A DNA stretch of 64,000 bases. Source: Malacoraja senta (taxonomy: Eukaryota). The notes under the pieces are model-generated. The model ran no database searches. It worked only from the letters and a program-made list of their open reading frames with translations, and was not told where the DNA came from. This document shows, one piece after another, positions 10,344 through 23,030 of this stretch. Position 1 is the first letter of the stretch. Each line of letters begins with the position of its first letter. Made by a program: the position numbers and the translations under genes. Location: contig CM075989.1 in assembly GCA_038087875.1 (NCBI GenBank), positions 1,488,001-1,552,000 on the forward strand, written 5' to 3'.

Positions 10344-13300
10344 GACACCGCATATTCCCGCTCCAGGGACACCCGTGCACGGACGTACGCCCGGAAGAGG
10401 GGCAGGCAGCCAACTCTCGCCTCACCATCGACCGCCCGCAGCCTGGACCCACGAATGGCCATCTTAACCAGGCCCAGGAGCAAACCGACAGGGAGGTCCC
10501 AACCCCCCACTTGGCTCTCCCCACACCCTACCTTATGCCCACACACTAGAATCGTGGGACTAAAATGCAACCAGAACTTAAGGAACAACCCCTTCAGATA
10601 TTGGTACAGGGGCAGTAACCTCTCACACTCCATGTATACGTGGAACACGGTTTCTTCCTCGCCACAGAAAATACACGCGGCGGACGAACCCGTGAACCGA
10701 CTCAAAAGTTTATTACAAACCACCGCTCCATGCAACAGTCTCCACCCCAGGTCCCCAATGTAAAGGGGGACAACTCCCGTATAGAAGGACGCCCACCAGG
10801 GACCCCCCCCACCATCAGGTGGTAACACCGTCCGCCAAGGTGTGTCAGGACGGGAAACAAAGGCAAGGAGGTGCAGAATGTGCAGGAACATCCTATACAA
10901 TGTGCGTCTCTTCGCATCACGAAACGGTATGCTGATCATCTCAGAAAGGCGGCTCAGGTTGTGTGGAGCCGGTTCCCGAGATATATCCCGGAGCCTTGGC
11001 CCGATGAGCAGATCTGACGGAGCAATTGAAAGCTCAGCCAGAACCACTCTAGGCGCTCGCCTCTCCTCGACACCCGCCATGACTGGGCGAGGACCGGCCA
11101 CTCCCGCAGCCGCACCATCCCCCTCCCCTCGTAGAACAACACGCTGGCTGAAAACAACCAAATTCCTCACTCTGATCACATCCCGGTAGAAAACAGGCAA
11201 ACCCCTTAGGGCGGGTCTACTGATGCCCGCCACCGGGAGCCGCGAGACCCCCCCTAGGCAACGACCACGACAAAAAAAATACGTGGCCAGAGCGTGCCAT
11301 CTGGGGGGATTCTCTACATCCATATACCTCCGCAGAGTCCTGAGACGGAGAGCCGCCACCTGGGTACGCACGCATACCAAGGACTGACCGCCCTCCTCTA
11401 ACGGGAGACTCAGGACCGCTGCAGAGACCCAGTGCTTCCTATTTCCCCAGAAGAAATCTACCAGCTTCTTCTGAAGAGCATTTACAAATATGGAAGGTGG
11501 GACAAGAGTAGCCAGCCAGTACCATAACATAGAGGCCACCAGCTGATTTATGACCATCACCCTCCCCCAGAAAGAAAGAACTCCAAGCAAGCCCGACCAG
11601 CGCCCCAGCCGGGCAACCACCTTCGTCTCCAACTCTTGCCAGTTCGCCGGCCAAGCATCCTCAGTGGGACTCAGGTAAACCCCCAGATAGAGGAGATGTG
11701 TGGTGCTCCACACATACCTTTCCATCTCCTCCGGCGGGGAATCCACCTGCCACTGACCCACTAAAAGACCAGAACACTTACTCCAGTTAATCCTGGCAGA
11801 AGATGCAGCTGAGAAAATCTCCTGGCAGTCACGCATCCTCCGCAGGTCACCAGGATCAGTGAACATAAGAAGGACATCATCTGCATACGCTGAAAGAACC
11901 ACCTCCAACCCCGGCCCAGGTAGGGCCAGGCCTGTCAACCTCCTCCGAAGAAGACACAGGAACGGCTCCACACAGACCGAGTACAACTGACCCGACATGG
12001 GGCACCCCTGACGGACCCCCCTCCCAAACTGAAAGGGAGCCAACAACGCACCATTAACCTTCACAAGGCACTCCGCTGCAGCGTACAGAGGCCGGACCCG
12101 GGCCACAAAATGCGGTCCAAATCCAAACGCTTGCAACGTCCCGAATAGGTAATCATGCTCTATCAAAAGCCTTCTCCTGATCAAGAGACAGAAAAGCAGC
12201 TGACTGACCAGTACCCTGAACTATATGAATCAGGTCCCTAACCAGGTGGATGTTATCCTGAATGGACCTGCCAGGGACTGTATAGGACTGGTCAGGATGA
12301 ATCATTTGAGACAGCACAGGGCCCAGGCGATTTGCCATTGCCCGTGCAAATACTTTATACTCTGTACATAGGAGAGATACCGGCCTCCAGTTCTTCAACA
12401 AGCGGAGTTCACCCTTCTTAGGCAGCAAGACAACAACTGCCCTACGCCACGAGAGGGGCATCGCCCCGGCCGCCAGACTCTCCCCCAGCACCAACATGTA
12501 ATCACCCCCCAGGATATCCCAGAAAGCTCTGACAAACTCCACCGTCAACCCATCCATCCCGGGTGACTTACCCTTCCTGAGCTGAAACAATGCACAAGTC
12601 AACTCCTCCAAAGATAAGGGGCCATCAAGAAGATCGGCCACCTCCCTATCAACAGTCGGTAGACCCTCCCACAAGTCCTGCTGAGCCTCCCTGTTATATC
12701 CCCCTGCGGAGAACAGGGACCCATAAAAGGACCTGACCTCCTCACTTATCCTCTCCGGATCAGTGACTGAGGATCCATCATCTGCGAGCAGCGCTACGAG
12801 CAGCCCTCACGAAAGCGCCTCGGGACCGCTCAAGCAGCAGATTCCTCAAGGCTTCCTTCTTCTCCTGAAACTCTCCCCATCCACAGGAGTCCTCACCATC
12901 CCGACCCAGGCGAGACTCTGCACCCCGTAGCTCCCTCTCAAGCCTCGCGACCGCTGAGTCCCTCCGTCCGGTCAACCCCCACGTATACTCCTTACAAAAT
13001 AGACGAATGTGAGCCTTCCCTACATCCCACCACTGCCTAAGGGAAGAGAAGCCCCTCCGCCCCTCTCTCCATTTCCCCCAAAACCTACTGAATGACTCCC
13101 GGAAACACCGATCCTCCAGCAACCGGTTGTTAAAGTGCCAGTATGCGGACCCAGCCCTAGCGCGCGCCGGATTGAAGTCCACACGCACCAAACAGTGATC
13201 CGAACATGGCACCACCCGCATTGAAGCCTCTGAGACACGGGCAACAAACGCTCGGGAAATATATATTCTGTCAATACGGGAACCACCACCCTCATACCTC

Positions 13301-13877
13301 CGCGAAAAACATTGGAATCCGGATGGAGGTTCCGCCATGCATCAACCAACTCAAAGGATTCAATCATCCCTCTCAACTTCTTCGCTACAGCAGGGGCACA
13401 CTGAGTACCAGAACGGTCTCGCGCCTCAAGTGTGCAATTAAAGTCCCCACCAAGGAAAACACACTCTCCCCTATCAATAGTGCTCAACAGATCAGTCACC
13501 TCCTGAATTAGGCCAGCCTGCATCGTACCGGAGCTAGGGGCATACACGTTAATGAAATGCAACGGCATGCCATCCAAGCTCACTGCCAGATGGAGCAAAC
13601 GTCCTGGCACAACTTCATTCACTTTTAAAATCGTTGGCAGGAAATTCTGGGCCAACAGAAAGGCCACCCCACTCGAATTCGAGCTGAGATGGCTCATGTA
13701 AACCCCCCCTTCCCACTCCAGTCTCCAGGTAGGTTCATCACTAACAACTGTGTGCGTCTCCTGCAAAAAACACACTGCAAATCTCCCCTCTTTAAGGCCT
13801 GATAAAAGCTGAAATCTACGAAAACTCGCTCTACTCCCGTTTAAGTTTAATGTTGCAACGGTGAATGTAAAGGCCCA
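10344..13877 (-). pseudogene. Tx1 copy 1 ORF2 (APE endonuclease and RT), frameshifted
   Basis: LQETH, GGDFN, SRIDRI, SDH, QGCPMS, YADD, CIFC..H..C spread over ORFs 13020..13775, 12778..13338, 12153..12674 and 10178..12184. Deletions of about 80 bp (near 12802) and 5 bp (near 12162) relative to copy 2. Confidence 0.9.
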
Positions 13878-13882
13878 CTATA

Positions 13883-16148
13883 TTAAACCCCTTCACTCCC
13901 CGTAGACACAACAAATTTCTCTCTGAGTAACACCAAAAAGTCCCCAAACTGCCTCTCCTCTAAGTCAGTAAGAGCACTCTCCCTGCTGCCAAGAATATCC
14001 TCGAGAGTCGGAATCAAACCTGGCAGATCCTTCCACCACCTACTAGCAGCCTCCAATCTTGTTCTGACGGAGCGGTTTGTTCTGAGAAATTCTCGAACCA
14101 CCTTTATCTCACATTCAAGAGACTCGGCCTTGGACCCTGGGCACTCGGCCAACGCACTTACACCTGCACCATCAGGCTCCACATCACAACGTTCAAGGTC
14201 TCTTTCAGTAATTGAACGCCCAGAGCTCTCCAAAAGGTCTCCACCCCCACTACCCAAACTTTCCTGTTCACCCTCCCGCTCCTCCAGCAAGCCACCACCC
14301 CCAGGATCAATGCCAGGTAAGGGCCCCGAAACCCCCAACTGCAACAAGCATCCCCCTGACTGGCTTGGCCCCTGCACGCTACCCTCACCCTCCACGCCTT
14401 GGCCTGGGGAAACAAAAACACTGGGCACCCCCCGGGCCTGGGATACACTGCCACCCCTTGAACCTAAAGGGAAATCACCTCCCGAACTATCCCTGACCTC
14501 CACACCACCTCTAGCATCCCCACCACTAGCAACACCCAGAGGCTCGCCTCTTTCTTTTAGCCTCTCCCCTTCCACCTCATCCGGCGATGCAGCACACCCC
14601 CCATTACCACCACTGGCACTGATGTGCAGCATAGACTGGAACACCACAGCCCCCGAACCACCCCCCTCAGGCCGACTCTGCTCATCCCCCATCTCAGGGG
14701 CCCCCCTACCAGGGGCACATACCCCATCCTCTGGCGTTCCATCACCCTCAAGAGGCCTCTGAAACGAGGGGACCTCCTCCGACCCAGAGGACACACCCCC
14801 AGGGGAGCTCACCTCACCACCCGATGAGATAACTCCATCGGAGGGCCCCTGAAATGAAGGGACAGCCACCCGCCCAGAGGACACAACTCCATCGGAAGCA
14901 ACCCCCTCACCTGCCCTAATTTTCGCCTCACGCCCTTCCTCTTCCTCGCCAGGCCTAGTCCTTTTTACCCCACTAACATGCGGCAATACGGTGACCTCCA
15001 TAAAGGAAGGGTCTTCCACCCCCTCACTACCCCCATCCACTATACCACCCGCACACTTTACCATCCCTTCCCCCGTCTGAGTGACCTCATCGCCTTGCTG
15101 GGCCACATCAAGCACACTCTGGACCTCACTAGATCTGACACGCACCCCGTTCTCAGATTGCGTTTTACTCGCTGGATGGCCCTTTCCCCTCTTCCTCCTC
15201 GACTTCTTCACCTCCCACTCCCCCCCCCATCTTTTTCCTCCCCCTCTCCACCCTCTCCCTCCCCCTCACCATTAGCCACCACCACCTCCACAGCCTCAGG
15301 ACGCAGGGGCCTGAGGCCTTCCCCGCCCCGGGTCCCCAAGGCAGAACTTTCAGACCCAGATGGCCTATCACTTCCGCCCCGGATCCCCGAGGTATAGCTA
15401 GCCGCCCTAGCCAGGTCAGCAGTGCCACCCCGCACCACCGAGGCATGATGTACCACCCCGGATGGGCCAGCATTGCAATCCTGGGCCACTATGCTAGAAC
15501 TTCTAGCAACGCCCCCGCGATAAAGACACTCTTTACGGAGATGTCCATATGCTCCACACTCATGACACCGTGCCTTCCCCCAACTCCAATACACGGTTCT
15601 ACGGAAACCCTGACAATCCACCTCAAAGCTCCCCTCCCCGCCTTCATCCTCACCCACCTTCATGAACACCCTCCTCTTAAAACTCAAGATCCCTCTTTCC
15701 TCCGGATCCCCCCCGAGGTGCCTGAGCCTAAAGCACTTAGACCTCACCTCCCCAATCATAGACAGGTGTGGCATAAGTGCAGCATCTGAAATAAATGTGG
15801 GGCAACTCCGCAGGAGAACCGGTCTCACCCTAGATAACCACGGATCCACCTGTAATTGGATCCCCCCACTGATATCCCCCTCTCCAACACCATTTTCACA
15901 CCCTCCCGGGTCTTTAAAATCATCTCCACCTTTCCTCTTTCAAGCTCGGAAGAGACAACAGCCCGCCCCCCAATAAGGTCATTCACGGCCTTGGTAATTA
16001 CTCCCCTTGACATCTGGGGCCCAGTTTGGACCGAGATACCAAACTTGCCCCAATCCAAGTCCACATAAGGCTCATACTCCAATGTCCTCGCATCCGCCTC
16101 TGATGCCGCCACTGCGTAGCTCCGGTTCTTCGGCCTCGCCCCAGCCAT
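13883..16148 (-). pseudogene. Tx1 copy 1 ORF1 (gag-like), frameshifted
   Basis: Three successive frames; SYA motif near the start, CHECGAYGHLRKEC knuckle, long G/E/S-rich tail. Confidence 0.8.
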
Positions 16149-16543
16149 CGCCCTCCTGACAGAGGCACAACCAGCTCCAATCGACCCGGCAGCTCAGCTC
16201 CACGTTAATTCCCGCAAACAGTCACAGTCAACAAGTAGCAGAACTCTGAAGCCTCCAGCTACAGCCAGAAAATCCACAAAGACGTCCACAGCCGAGAGCA
16301 GCTTTTGGGAAGCTCTAGCCCATTCTTGCCGGACTCGAAAGTACCATCTTCACATTAAACCCGGCATCCGCCTGAGCAAAATGACTTTATGGCATTCCCT
16401 CGATCACCAGGCACTCTTGGCAGTCCGCCAACGACAACCGCACCCTCGACAATGGAAAAATATCTCCCGAATGTTCGCACTTGTGGAGGATTCCTAGAGC
16501 ACAGAAAAGTTTCACCAGTCCAACAATAAGTTAAACTATGAAG

Positions 16544-16677
16544 TGTTAAAGAAGGAACTGCAGATGCTGGAAAATCGAAGGTACACAAAAATGCTGGAGA
16601 AACTCAGCGGGTGCAGCAGCATCTATGGAGCGAAGGAAATAGGTAACGTTTCGGGCCGAAACCCTTCTTCAGACTAT
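16544..16677 (-). mobile_element. 134-bp Penelope-derived unit with hammerhead-like core
   Basis: Flanked by GTTAAACTATGAAG at 16530-16543 and 16678-16691. Minus strand reads CTGAAGA-A-GGGT-TTCG-GCCC-GAAACGTT. Confidence 0.75.
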
Positions 16678-16777
16678 GTTAAACTATGAAGCCCCTCTGC
16701 CTCTGTTCCTTCCCCATCGACAACGTCCTTGAAAAGCTGTTTGAATCCTTCAGAGCTGAAAAAAAAACACAGCCAAC

Positions 16778-16778
<1 letters not shown>

Positions 16779-16802
<24 letters not shown>
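16779..16802. repeat. (TC)12 microsatellite at the junction of the two Tx1 copies
   Basis: Directly abuts the A-rich tail of copy 2. Confidence 0.95.
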
Positions 16803-16808
<6 letters not shown>

Positions 16809-19800
16809 CTTTCTTTTTTTTTTTTTTACTTTTCAAAAACTTTATTCAACACACTCAATGATACATCACATCAATACATAATCAAAAGATACATTATATC
16901 AAACCACATCATTATAGTACAACATTACATTCATGATTTATTATACTCTCCACCCCACGTGGTGACGATCGCCCACGGAAGGCCTCCAGAGTCCCCGTGG
17001 ACACCGCATATTCCCGCTCCAGGGACACCCGTGCACGGACGTACGCCCGGAAGAGGGGCAGGCAGCCAACTCTCGCCTCACCATCGACCGCCCGCTGCCT
17101 GGACCCACGAATGGCCATCTTAACCAGGCCCAGGAGCAAACCGACAGGGAGGTCCCAACCCCCCACTTGGCTCTCCCCACACCCTCCCTTATGCCCACAC
17201 ACTAGAATCGTGGGACTAAAATGCAACCAGAACTTAAGGAACAACCCCTTCAGATATTGATACAGGGGCAGTAACCTCTCACACTCCATGTATACGTGGA
17301 ACACGGTTTCTTCCTTGCCACAGAAAATACACGCGGCAGACGAACCCGTGAACCGACTCAAAAGTTTATTACAAACCACCGCTCCATGCAACAGTCTCCA
17401 CCCCAGGTCCCCAATGTAAAGGGGGACAACTCCCGTATAGAAGGACCCCCACCAGGGACCCCCCCCCCCCCACCATCAGGTGGTAACACCGTCCGCCAAG
17501 GTGTGTCAGGACGGGAAACAAAGGCAAGGAGGTGCAGAATGTGCAGGAACATCCTATACAGTGTGCGTCTCTTCGCATCACGAAACGGTATGCTGATCAT
17601 CTCAGAAAGGCGGCTCAGGTTGTGTGGAGCCGGTTCCCGAGATATATCCCGGAGCCTTGGCCCGATGAGCAGATCTGACGGAGCAATTGAAAGCTCAGCC
17701 AGAACCACTCTAGGCGCTCGCCTCTCCTCGACACCCGCCATGACTGGGCGAGGACCGGCCACTCCCGCAACCGCACCATCCCCCTCCCCTCGTGGAACAA
17801 CATGCTGGTTGAAAACAACCAAATTCCTCACTCTGATCACATCCCGATAGAAAACAGGCAAACCCCTTAGGGCGGGTCTACTGATGCCCGCCACCGGGAG
17901 CCGCGATACCCCCCCTAGGCAACGACCACGACGAAAGAAATACGTGGCCAGAGCGTGCCATCTGGGGGGATTCTCTACATACATATACCTCCGCAGAGTC
18001 CTGAGACGGAGAGCCGCCACCTGGGTACGCACGCATACCAAGGACTGACCGCCCTCCTCTAACGGGAGACTCAGGACCGCTGCAGAGACCCAGTGCTTCC
18101 TATTTCCCCAGAAGAAATCTACCAGCTTCTTCTGAAGAGCATTTACAAATATGGAAGGTGGGACAAGAGTAGCCAGCCAGTACCATAACATAGAGGCCAC
18201 CAGCTGATTTATGACCACCACCCTCCCCCGGAAAGAAAGAACTCCAAGCAGGCCCGACCAGCGATCCAGCCGGGCAACCACCTTCATCTCCAACTCCAGC
18301 CAGTTCGCCGGCCAAGCATCCTCAGTGGGACTCAGGTAAACCCCCAGATAGAGGAGATGTGTTGTGCTCCACACATACCTTTCCATCTCCTCCGGCAGGG
18401 AATCCACCTGCCACTGACCCACTAAAAGACCAGAACACTTACTCCAGTTAATCCTGGCAGAAGATGCAGCTGAGAAAATCTCCTGGCAGTCACGCATCCT
18501 CCGCAGGTCACCAGGATCAGTGAACATAAGGAGGACATCATCTGCATACGCTGAAAGAACCACCTCCAACCCAGGCCCAGGTAGGGCCAGGCCTGTCAAC
18601 CTCCTCCGAAGAAGACACAGGAACGGCTCCACACAGACCGAGTACAACTGACCCGACATGGGGCACCCCTGACGGACCCCCCTCCCAAACTGAAAGGGAG
18701 CCAACAACGCACCATTAACCTTCACCAGGCACTCCGCTGCAGCGTACAGAAGCTGGACCCGGGCCACAAAATGCGGTCCAAATCCAAACGCTTGCAACGT
18801 CCCGAATAGGTAATCATGCTCTACCCTATCAAAAGCCTTCTCCTGATCAAGAGACAGAAAAGCAGCTGACTGACCAGTACCCTGAACTAGATGAATCAGG
18901 TCCCTAACCAGGTGGATGTTATCCTGAATGGACCTGCCAGGGACTGTATAGGACTGGTCAGGATGAATCATTTGAGACAGCACAGGGCCCAGGCGATTTG
19001 CCATTGCCCGTGCAAATACTTTATATTCTGTACATAGGAGAGATACCGGCCTCCAGTTCTTCAACAAGCGGAGTTCACCCTTCTTAGGCAGCAAGACAAC
19101 AACTGCCCTACGCCACGAGAGGGGCATCGCCCCGGCCGCCAGACTCGACCCCAGCACCAACATGTAATCACCCCCCAGGATATCCCAGAAAGCTCTAACA
19201 AACTCTACCGTCAACCCATCCATCCCGGGTGACTTACCCTTCCTGAGCTGAAACAATGCACAAGTCAACTCCTTCAAAGATAAGGGGCCATCAAGAAGAT
19301 CGGCCACCTCCCTATCAACAGTCGGTAGACCCTCCCACAAGTCCTGCTGAGCCTCCCCGTTATATCCCCCTGCGGAGAACAGGGACCCATAAAAGGACCT
19401 GACCTCCTCACTTATCCTCTCCGGATCAGTGACTGAGGATCCATCATCTGCGAGCAGCTCTACGAGCTGCTTGCAGGCTCCCCTCCCTTTCTCCAAAGAG
19501 AAAAAGAAAGGCGAAGCTCGGTCCAGATCTTGCATCATCTGTACCCGCGCCCTCACGAAAGCACCTCGGGACCGCTCAAGCAGCAGATTCCTCAAGGCTT
19601 CCTGCTTCTCCTGAAACTCTCCCCATCCACAGGAGTCCTCACCATCCCGACCCAGGCGAGACTCTGCACCCCGTAGCTCCCTCTCAAGCCTCGCGACTGC
19701 TGAGTCCCTCCGTCCGGTCGACCCCCACGTATACTCCTTACAAAATAGACGAATGTGAGCCTTCCCCACATCCCACCACTGCCTAAGGGAAGCCCCTCCG

Positions 19801-22082
19801 CCCCTCTCTCCATTTCCCCCAAAACCTACTGAATGACTCCCGGAAACACCGATCCTCCAGCAACCGGTTGTTAAAGTGCCAGTACGCGGACCCAGCCCTA
19901 GCGCGCGCCGGATTGAAGTCCACATGCACCAAACAGTGATCCGAACATGGCACCACCCGCATTGAAGCCTCTGAGACACGGGCAACAAACGCTCGGGAAA
20001 TATATATTCTGTCAATACGGGAACCACCGCGATTTAAGTCCACACGCACCAAACAGTGATCCGAACATGGCACCACCCGCATTGAAGCCTCTGAGACACG
20101 GGCAACAAACGCTCGGGACCCTCATACCTCCGCGAAAAAGCATTGGAATCCGGGTGGAGGTTCCGCCATGCATCAACCAACTCAAAGGATTCAATCATCC
20201 CTCTCAACTTCTTCGCTACAGCAGGGGCACACTGAGTACCAGAACGATCTCGCGCCTCAAGTGTGCAATTAAAGTCCCCACCAAGGAAGACACACTCTCC
20301 CCTATCAATAGTGCTCAACAGAGCAGTCACCTCCTGAATTAGGCCGGCCTGCATCGTGCTGGAGCTAGGGGCATACACGTTAATGAAATGCAACGGTATG
20401 CCATCCAAGCTCACTGCCAGATGGAGCAAACGTCCAGGCACAACTTCATTCTCTTTTAAAATCGTTGGCAGGAAATTCTGGGCCAACAGAAAGGCCACCC
20501 CACTCGAATTCGAGCTGAGATGGCTCATGTAAACCCCCCCTTCCCACTCCAGTCTCCATGTAGGTTCATCACTAACAACTGTGTGCATCTCCTGCAGAAA
20601 ACACACTGCAAATCTCCCCTCTTTAAGGACTGATAAAAGTTGAAATCTACGAAAACTCGCTCTACTCCCGTTTAACTTTAATGTTGCAACGGTGAATGTA
20701 AAGGCCCACTATATTAAACCCCTTCACTCCCCGTAGACACAACAAATTTCTCTCTAAGTAACACCAAAAAGTCCCCAAACTGCCCCACCTCTACGTCAGT
20801 AAGAGCACTCTCCCTGCTGCCAAGAATATCCTCGAGAATCGGAATCAATCCTGGCAGATCCTTCCACCACCTACTAGCAGCCTCCAATCTTGTTCTTACG
20901 GAGCGGTTTGTTCTGAGAAAGTCTCGAACCTCCTTTATCTCACATTCAAGAGACTCGGCCTTGGACCCTGGGCACTCGGCCAACGCACTTGCACCTGCAC
21001 CATCAGGCTCCACAACACCACGTTCAAGGTCTCCCTCAGTAATTGAACGCCCAGAGCTCTCCAAAAGCTCTCCACCCCCACTACCCAAACTTTCCTGTTC
21101 ACCCTCCCGCTCCTCCAGCAAGACACCACCCCCAGGATCAATGCCAGGTAAGGGCCCCGAAACCCCCAACTGCAACAAGCATCCCCCTGACTGGCTTGGC
21201 ACCTGCTCGCTACCATCACCCACCACTCCCTGGCCTGGGGAAACAAAAACACTGGGCACCCCCCGGGCCTGGGATACACTGCCACCCCTTGAACCTAAAG
21301 GGAAATCACCTCCCGAACTATCCCCGACCTCCACACCACCTATAGCATCCCCACCACTAGCAACACCCAGAGGCTCTCCTCTTTCTTTTAGCCTCTCCCC
21401 TTCCACCTCATCCGGCGATGCAGCACACCCCCCATTACCACCACTGGCACTGATGTGCAGCATAGACTGGAACACCACAGCCCCCGAACCACCCCCCTCA
21501 GGCCGACTCTGCTCATCCCCCATCTCAGGGGCCCCCCTACCAGGGGCACATACCCCATCCTCTGGCGTTCCATCACCCTCAAGAGGCCTCTGAAACGAGG
21601 GGACCTCCTCCGACCCAGAGGACACACCCCCATGGGAGCTCACCTCACCACCCGATGAGATAACTCCATCAGAGGGCCCCTGAAATGAAGGGACAGCCAC
21701 CCGCCCAGAGGACATAACTCCAGCGGAATCAACCCCCTCACCTGCCCTAATTTTCGCCTCACGACCTTCCTCTTCCTCGCCAGGCCTATTCCTTTTTACC
21801 ACACTAACATGCGGCAATACGGTGACCTCCATAAAGGAAGGGTCTTCCACCCCCTCACTACCCCCATCCACTATACCACCCGCACACTTTACCATCCCTT
21901 CCCCCGTCTGAGTGACCTCATCGCCTTGCTGGGCCACATCAAGCACACTCTGGACCTCACTAGATCTAACACGCACCCCGTTCTCAGATTGCGTTTTACT
22001 CGCTGGATGGCCCTTTCCCCTCTTCCTCCTCGACTTCTTCACCTCCCACTCCCCCCCCCCATCTTTTTCCTCCCCCTCTCCT
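16803..22082 (-). mobile_element. Tx1-clade retrotransposon, copy 2 (5' part runs into the gap)
   Basis: AATAAA plus A-rich tail at 16803-16846. ORF2 in pieces 20034..20606, 19783..20082, 17358..20027 and 16912..17391; ORF1 C-terminal part 20714-22082. Highly similar to copy 1. Confidence 0.92.
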
Positions 22083-22282
22083 NNNNNNNNNNNNNNNNNN
22101 NNNNNNNNNNNNNNNNNNNNNNNNNNNNNNNNNNNNNNNNNNNNNNNNNNNNNNNNNNNNNNNNNNNNNNNNNNNNNNNNNNNNNNNNNNNNNNNNNNNN
22201 NNNNNNNNNNNNNNNNNNNNNNNNNNNNNNNNNNNNNNNNNNNNNNNNNNNNNNNNNNNNNNNNNNNNNNNNNNNNNNNNNN
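22083..22282. other. Assembly gap (200 N)
   Basis: Run of N; the sequence after it is not Tx1 ORF1. Confidence 0.99.
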
Positions 22283-22827
22283 TTGGATTGAAGTCAGCTT
22301 TCTCATGTTGACAGATGCAATACGTGGATGGGGGTGAGCAATGCTACCTGCAACATCTGCAGACGTTTGCAATCAAATCTCTCCATTCCAGGTGGAATGT
22401 TGCACGCTACTGCCATCCGTCAGTCAAGGTGAGTGGGAAAAGTGAGAGACGAGAGCTGATAAATCAAAGCCTCGCCATCAGTGATGCCCGAGCAAGAAAG
22501 CTCTTCCATATCCACACGAGGAGAAGCTGGAACCTTTCCTTCCCAGCTTGAAGATTGTCTTTCCTGCTCAGTGGGTCGGTTCAACAACCTGACAGATCCT
22601 TTATCTCCCAGTTTAGAGTCGTAAGGTGATGGAGTCTAACGGCGTGGGAACAGTCCCTTCAGCTCAACTTGCCCACACCGGCCAATGTCCCTTCTACACC
22701 TATAAGATCATAAGGTCATAGGAATAGGAGTAGAATTAGGCCATTTGGCCCCTTCAAGTCTGGCTGATCTATCTCTCCCTCTGAACCCCATTCTCCTGCC
22801 TTCTCTCCATAACTTCTCACACCTGTA

Positions 22828-23015
22828 AGGGACTGTCCTACTTGCCGATTTTTTCGGCGACTGCCGGCATCATTGACTGACGTATCAGGGTTGCCGATAG
22901 ATTTTGAACATTTAAAGATCCAGCGGCGACAAAAAAAAAGACTTCTTCGGTGACCTGATACGTCAGTCAATGATGCCGACAGTCGGCGAAAAAATCGGCA
23001 AGTGGGACAGGCCCT
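22828..23015. mobile_element. 188-bp MITE, Harbinger-like, inserted in a CR1 tail
   Basis: About 62-bp TIRs beginning AGGGACTGTCCTACTTGCCG / ..CGGCAAGTGGGACAGGCCCT; 3-bp TSD GTA/GTG with one mismatch. Confidence 0.85.
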
Positions 23016-23030
23016 GTGCTGATCAAGAAA

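Larger units (their letters stand above)
5508..16778 (-). mobile_element. Tx1-clade non-LTR retrotransposon, copy 1 (interrupted by Gypsy, 3' tail missing)
   Basis: ORF1 with CCHC knuckle; ORF2 with APE, RT and CxxC..H..C. 5508-5607 and 10344 onward are collinear with copy 2. Assigning 16150-16778 to the 5' UTR is inference. Confidence 0.9.

Noticed and set aside
10344..22082. Two Tx1 copies as a haplotype-duplication artefact
   Set aside because: They have different 3' flanks, private indels and many substitutions, so independent insertions fit better. The nearby gap leaves some doubt.
20714..22372. 552-aa ORF
   Set aside because: It spans the N gap; the portion beyond the gap is unrelated to Tx1 ORF1.
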